Shown here: piece after piece, positions 63,191-64,000 of the stretch
How the letters are laid out: every line of letters begins with the position of its first letter
How positions within the stretch are numbered: position 1 is the stretch's first letter
NCBI GenBank assembly: GCA_035221665.1
Contig: CM069138.1
Coordinates: forward strand, 70,246,001 to 70,310,000
Direction of reading: 5' to 3'
DNA length: 64,000 bases
From: Okamejei kenojei
Taxonomy: Eukaryota
Program-made: the position numbers and the translations under genes
The notes under the pieces: model-generated
Seen by the model: only the letters and a program-made list of their open reading frames with translations
Databases searched by the model: none
Told to the model about the DNA's origin: nothing

Positions 63191-64000
63191 TTAGTCAAGC
63201 ATTTCAAGCCATGTATTTATTGTCATGTGCACATATACGGTGAAAAACAGGAACATTGAAAATCTTGCAGCCTCACAGGCACAGTCAAGACACATAAGCA
63301 TGAACCATACATAAATTATCCAAATGGCAAAAAGTAAAATAATGCAAAAATAAAGACATTAATGCGACAACACAATTAAAAACCAAGTCTGTGATTTGTG
63401 CAAGAGATGGTCTGTAGTGTTCCATTGCTGTGGTAAGATTAGGGTTGTGCAGGATGGTTCAAGAACTTCATGACTGTAGGGAAATTGTTGGTCCTGAACC
63501 TGAGTATCAGCTCAAATAAACTTTCCATTGTTAGTGTTTTGTTCGGATCAGTGAACTGAGGCATTTATCCAATGCTATTCAAGGAGTAAAACTGGTGCCT
63601 TGGGAGAAGGAAAATGAATTAGCACGGGCAAATTCAAGTAAAATCAGAAAATAAAGAAAAATAAAGTGAGGCAAAGAAATACTGGTTTAAGAGAATTTAA
63701 AAATAATTGGAAATTATTTATAGTGATACTGATCAAATACATTTTCAAATACATCAAATACATACAGTATCACTCGGTATAGTGATAGCGAGTGATACCG
63801 ATCAAATAAATTTGGATTTGTACAAATCTTTAATGACATTTCTTCCTCGGCTTCTGCTTGACTATTTTCAAGGCATCTTTGTAAAGATATACTTGTTTGT
63901 TAAGAAGATAAATTTATATTTGCTATATAAACGTTTGAATCCACAGTCAATGATGGTTTAGCTACTAAAATACTGAAGCATTACTCCTATTTCTCCAACT

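Overview
Repeat-rich eukaryotic DNA with no host protein-coding exon that I can recognise. The repeat set (HE1-like tRNA/V-domain SINEs, HER1/CR1 LINEs, Rex1-like LINEs, Penelope 3' ends) points to a cartilaginous fish, probably a skate or ray (inference from recall, no search run). Main elements: (1) a full-length L1 (7935-14547) with a perfect 16-bp TSD, plus two 5'-truncated L1s; (2) two internally deleted DIRS-type tyrosine-recombinase retrotransposons (16678-18138, 54369-56644); (3) a 651-bp non-coding LTR element (TRIM, 20089-20739); (4) two PIF/Harbinger-like MITEs; (5) many CR1, Rex1, Penelope and SINE pieces, often nested; (6) a 161-N gap. Most interesting observations: the TRIM primer-binding site is a 51-nt copy of the 3' half of tRNA-Leu(CAA) with a substitution exactly at tRNA position 58; a Penelope fragment and an L1 are joined 5'-to-5' and replace 130 bp of a CR1; Penelope termini carry hammerhead-ribozyme-like cores; and there are four local fold-back inverted duplications.
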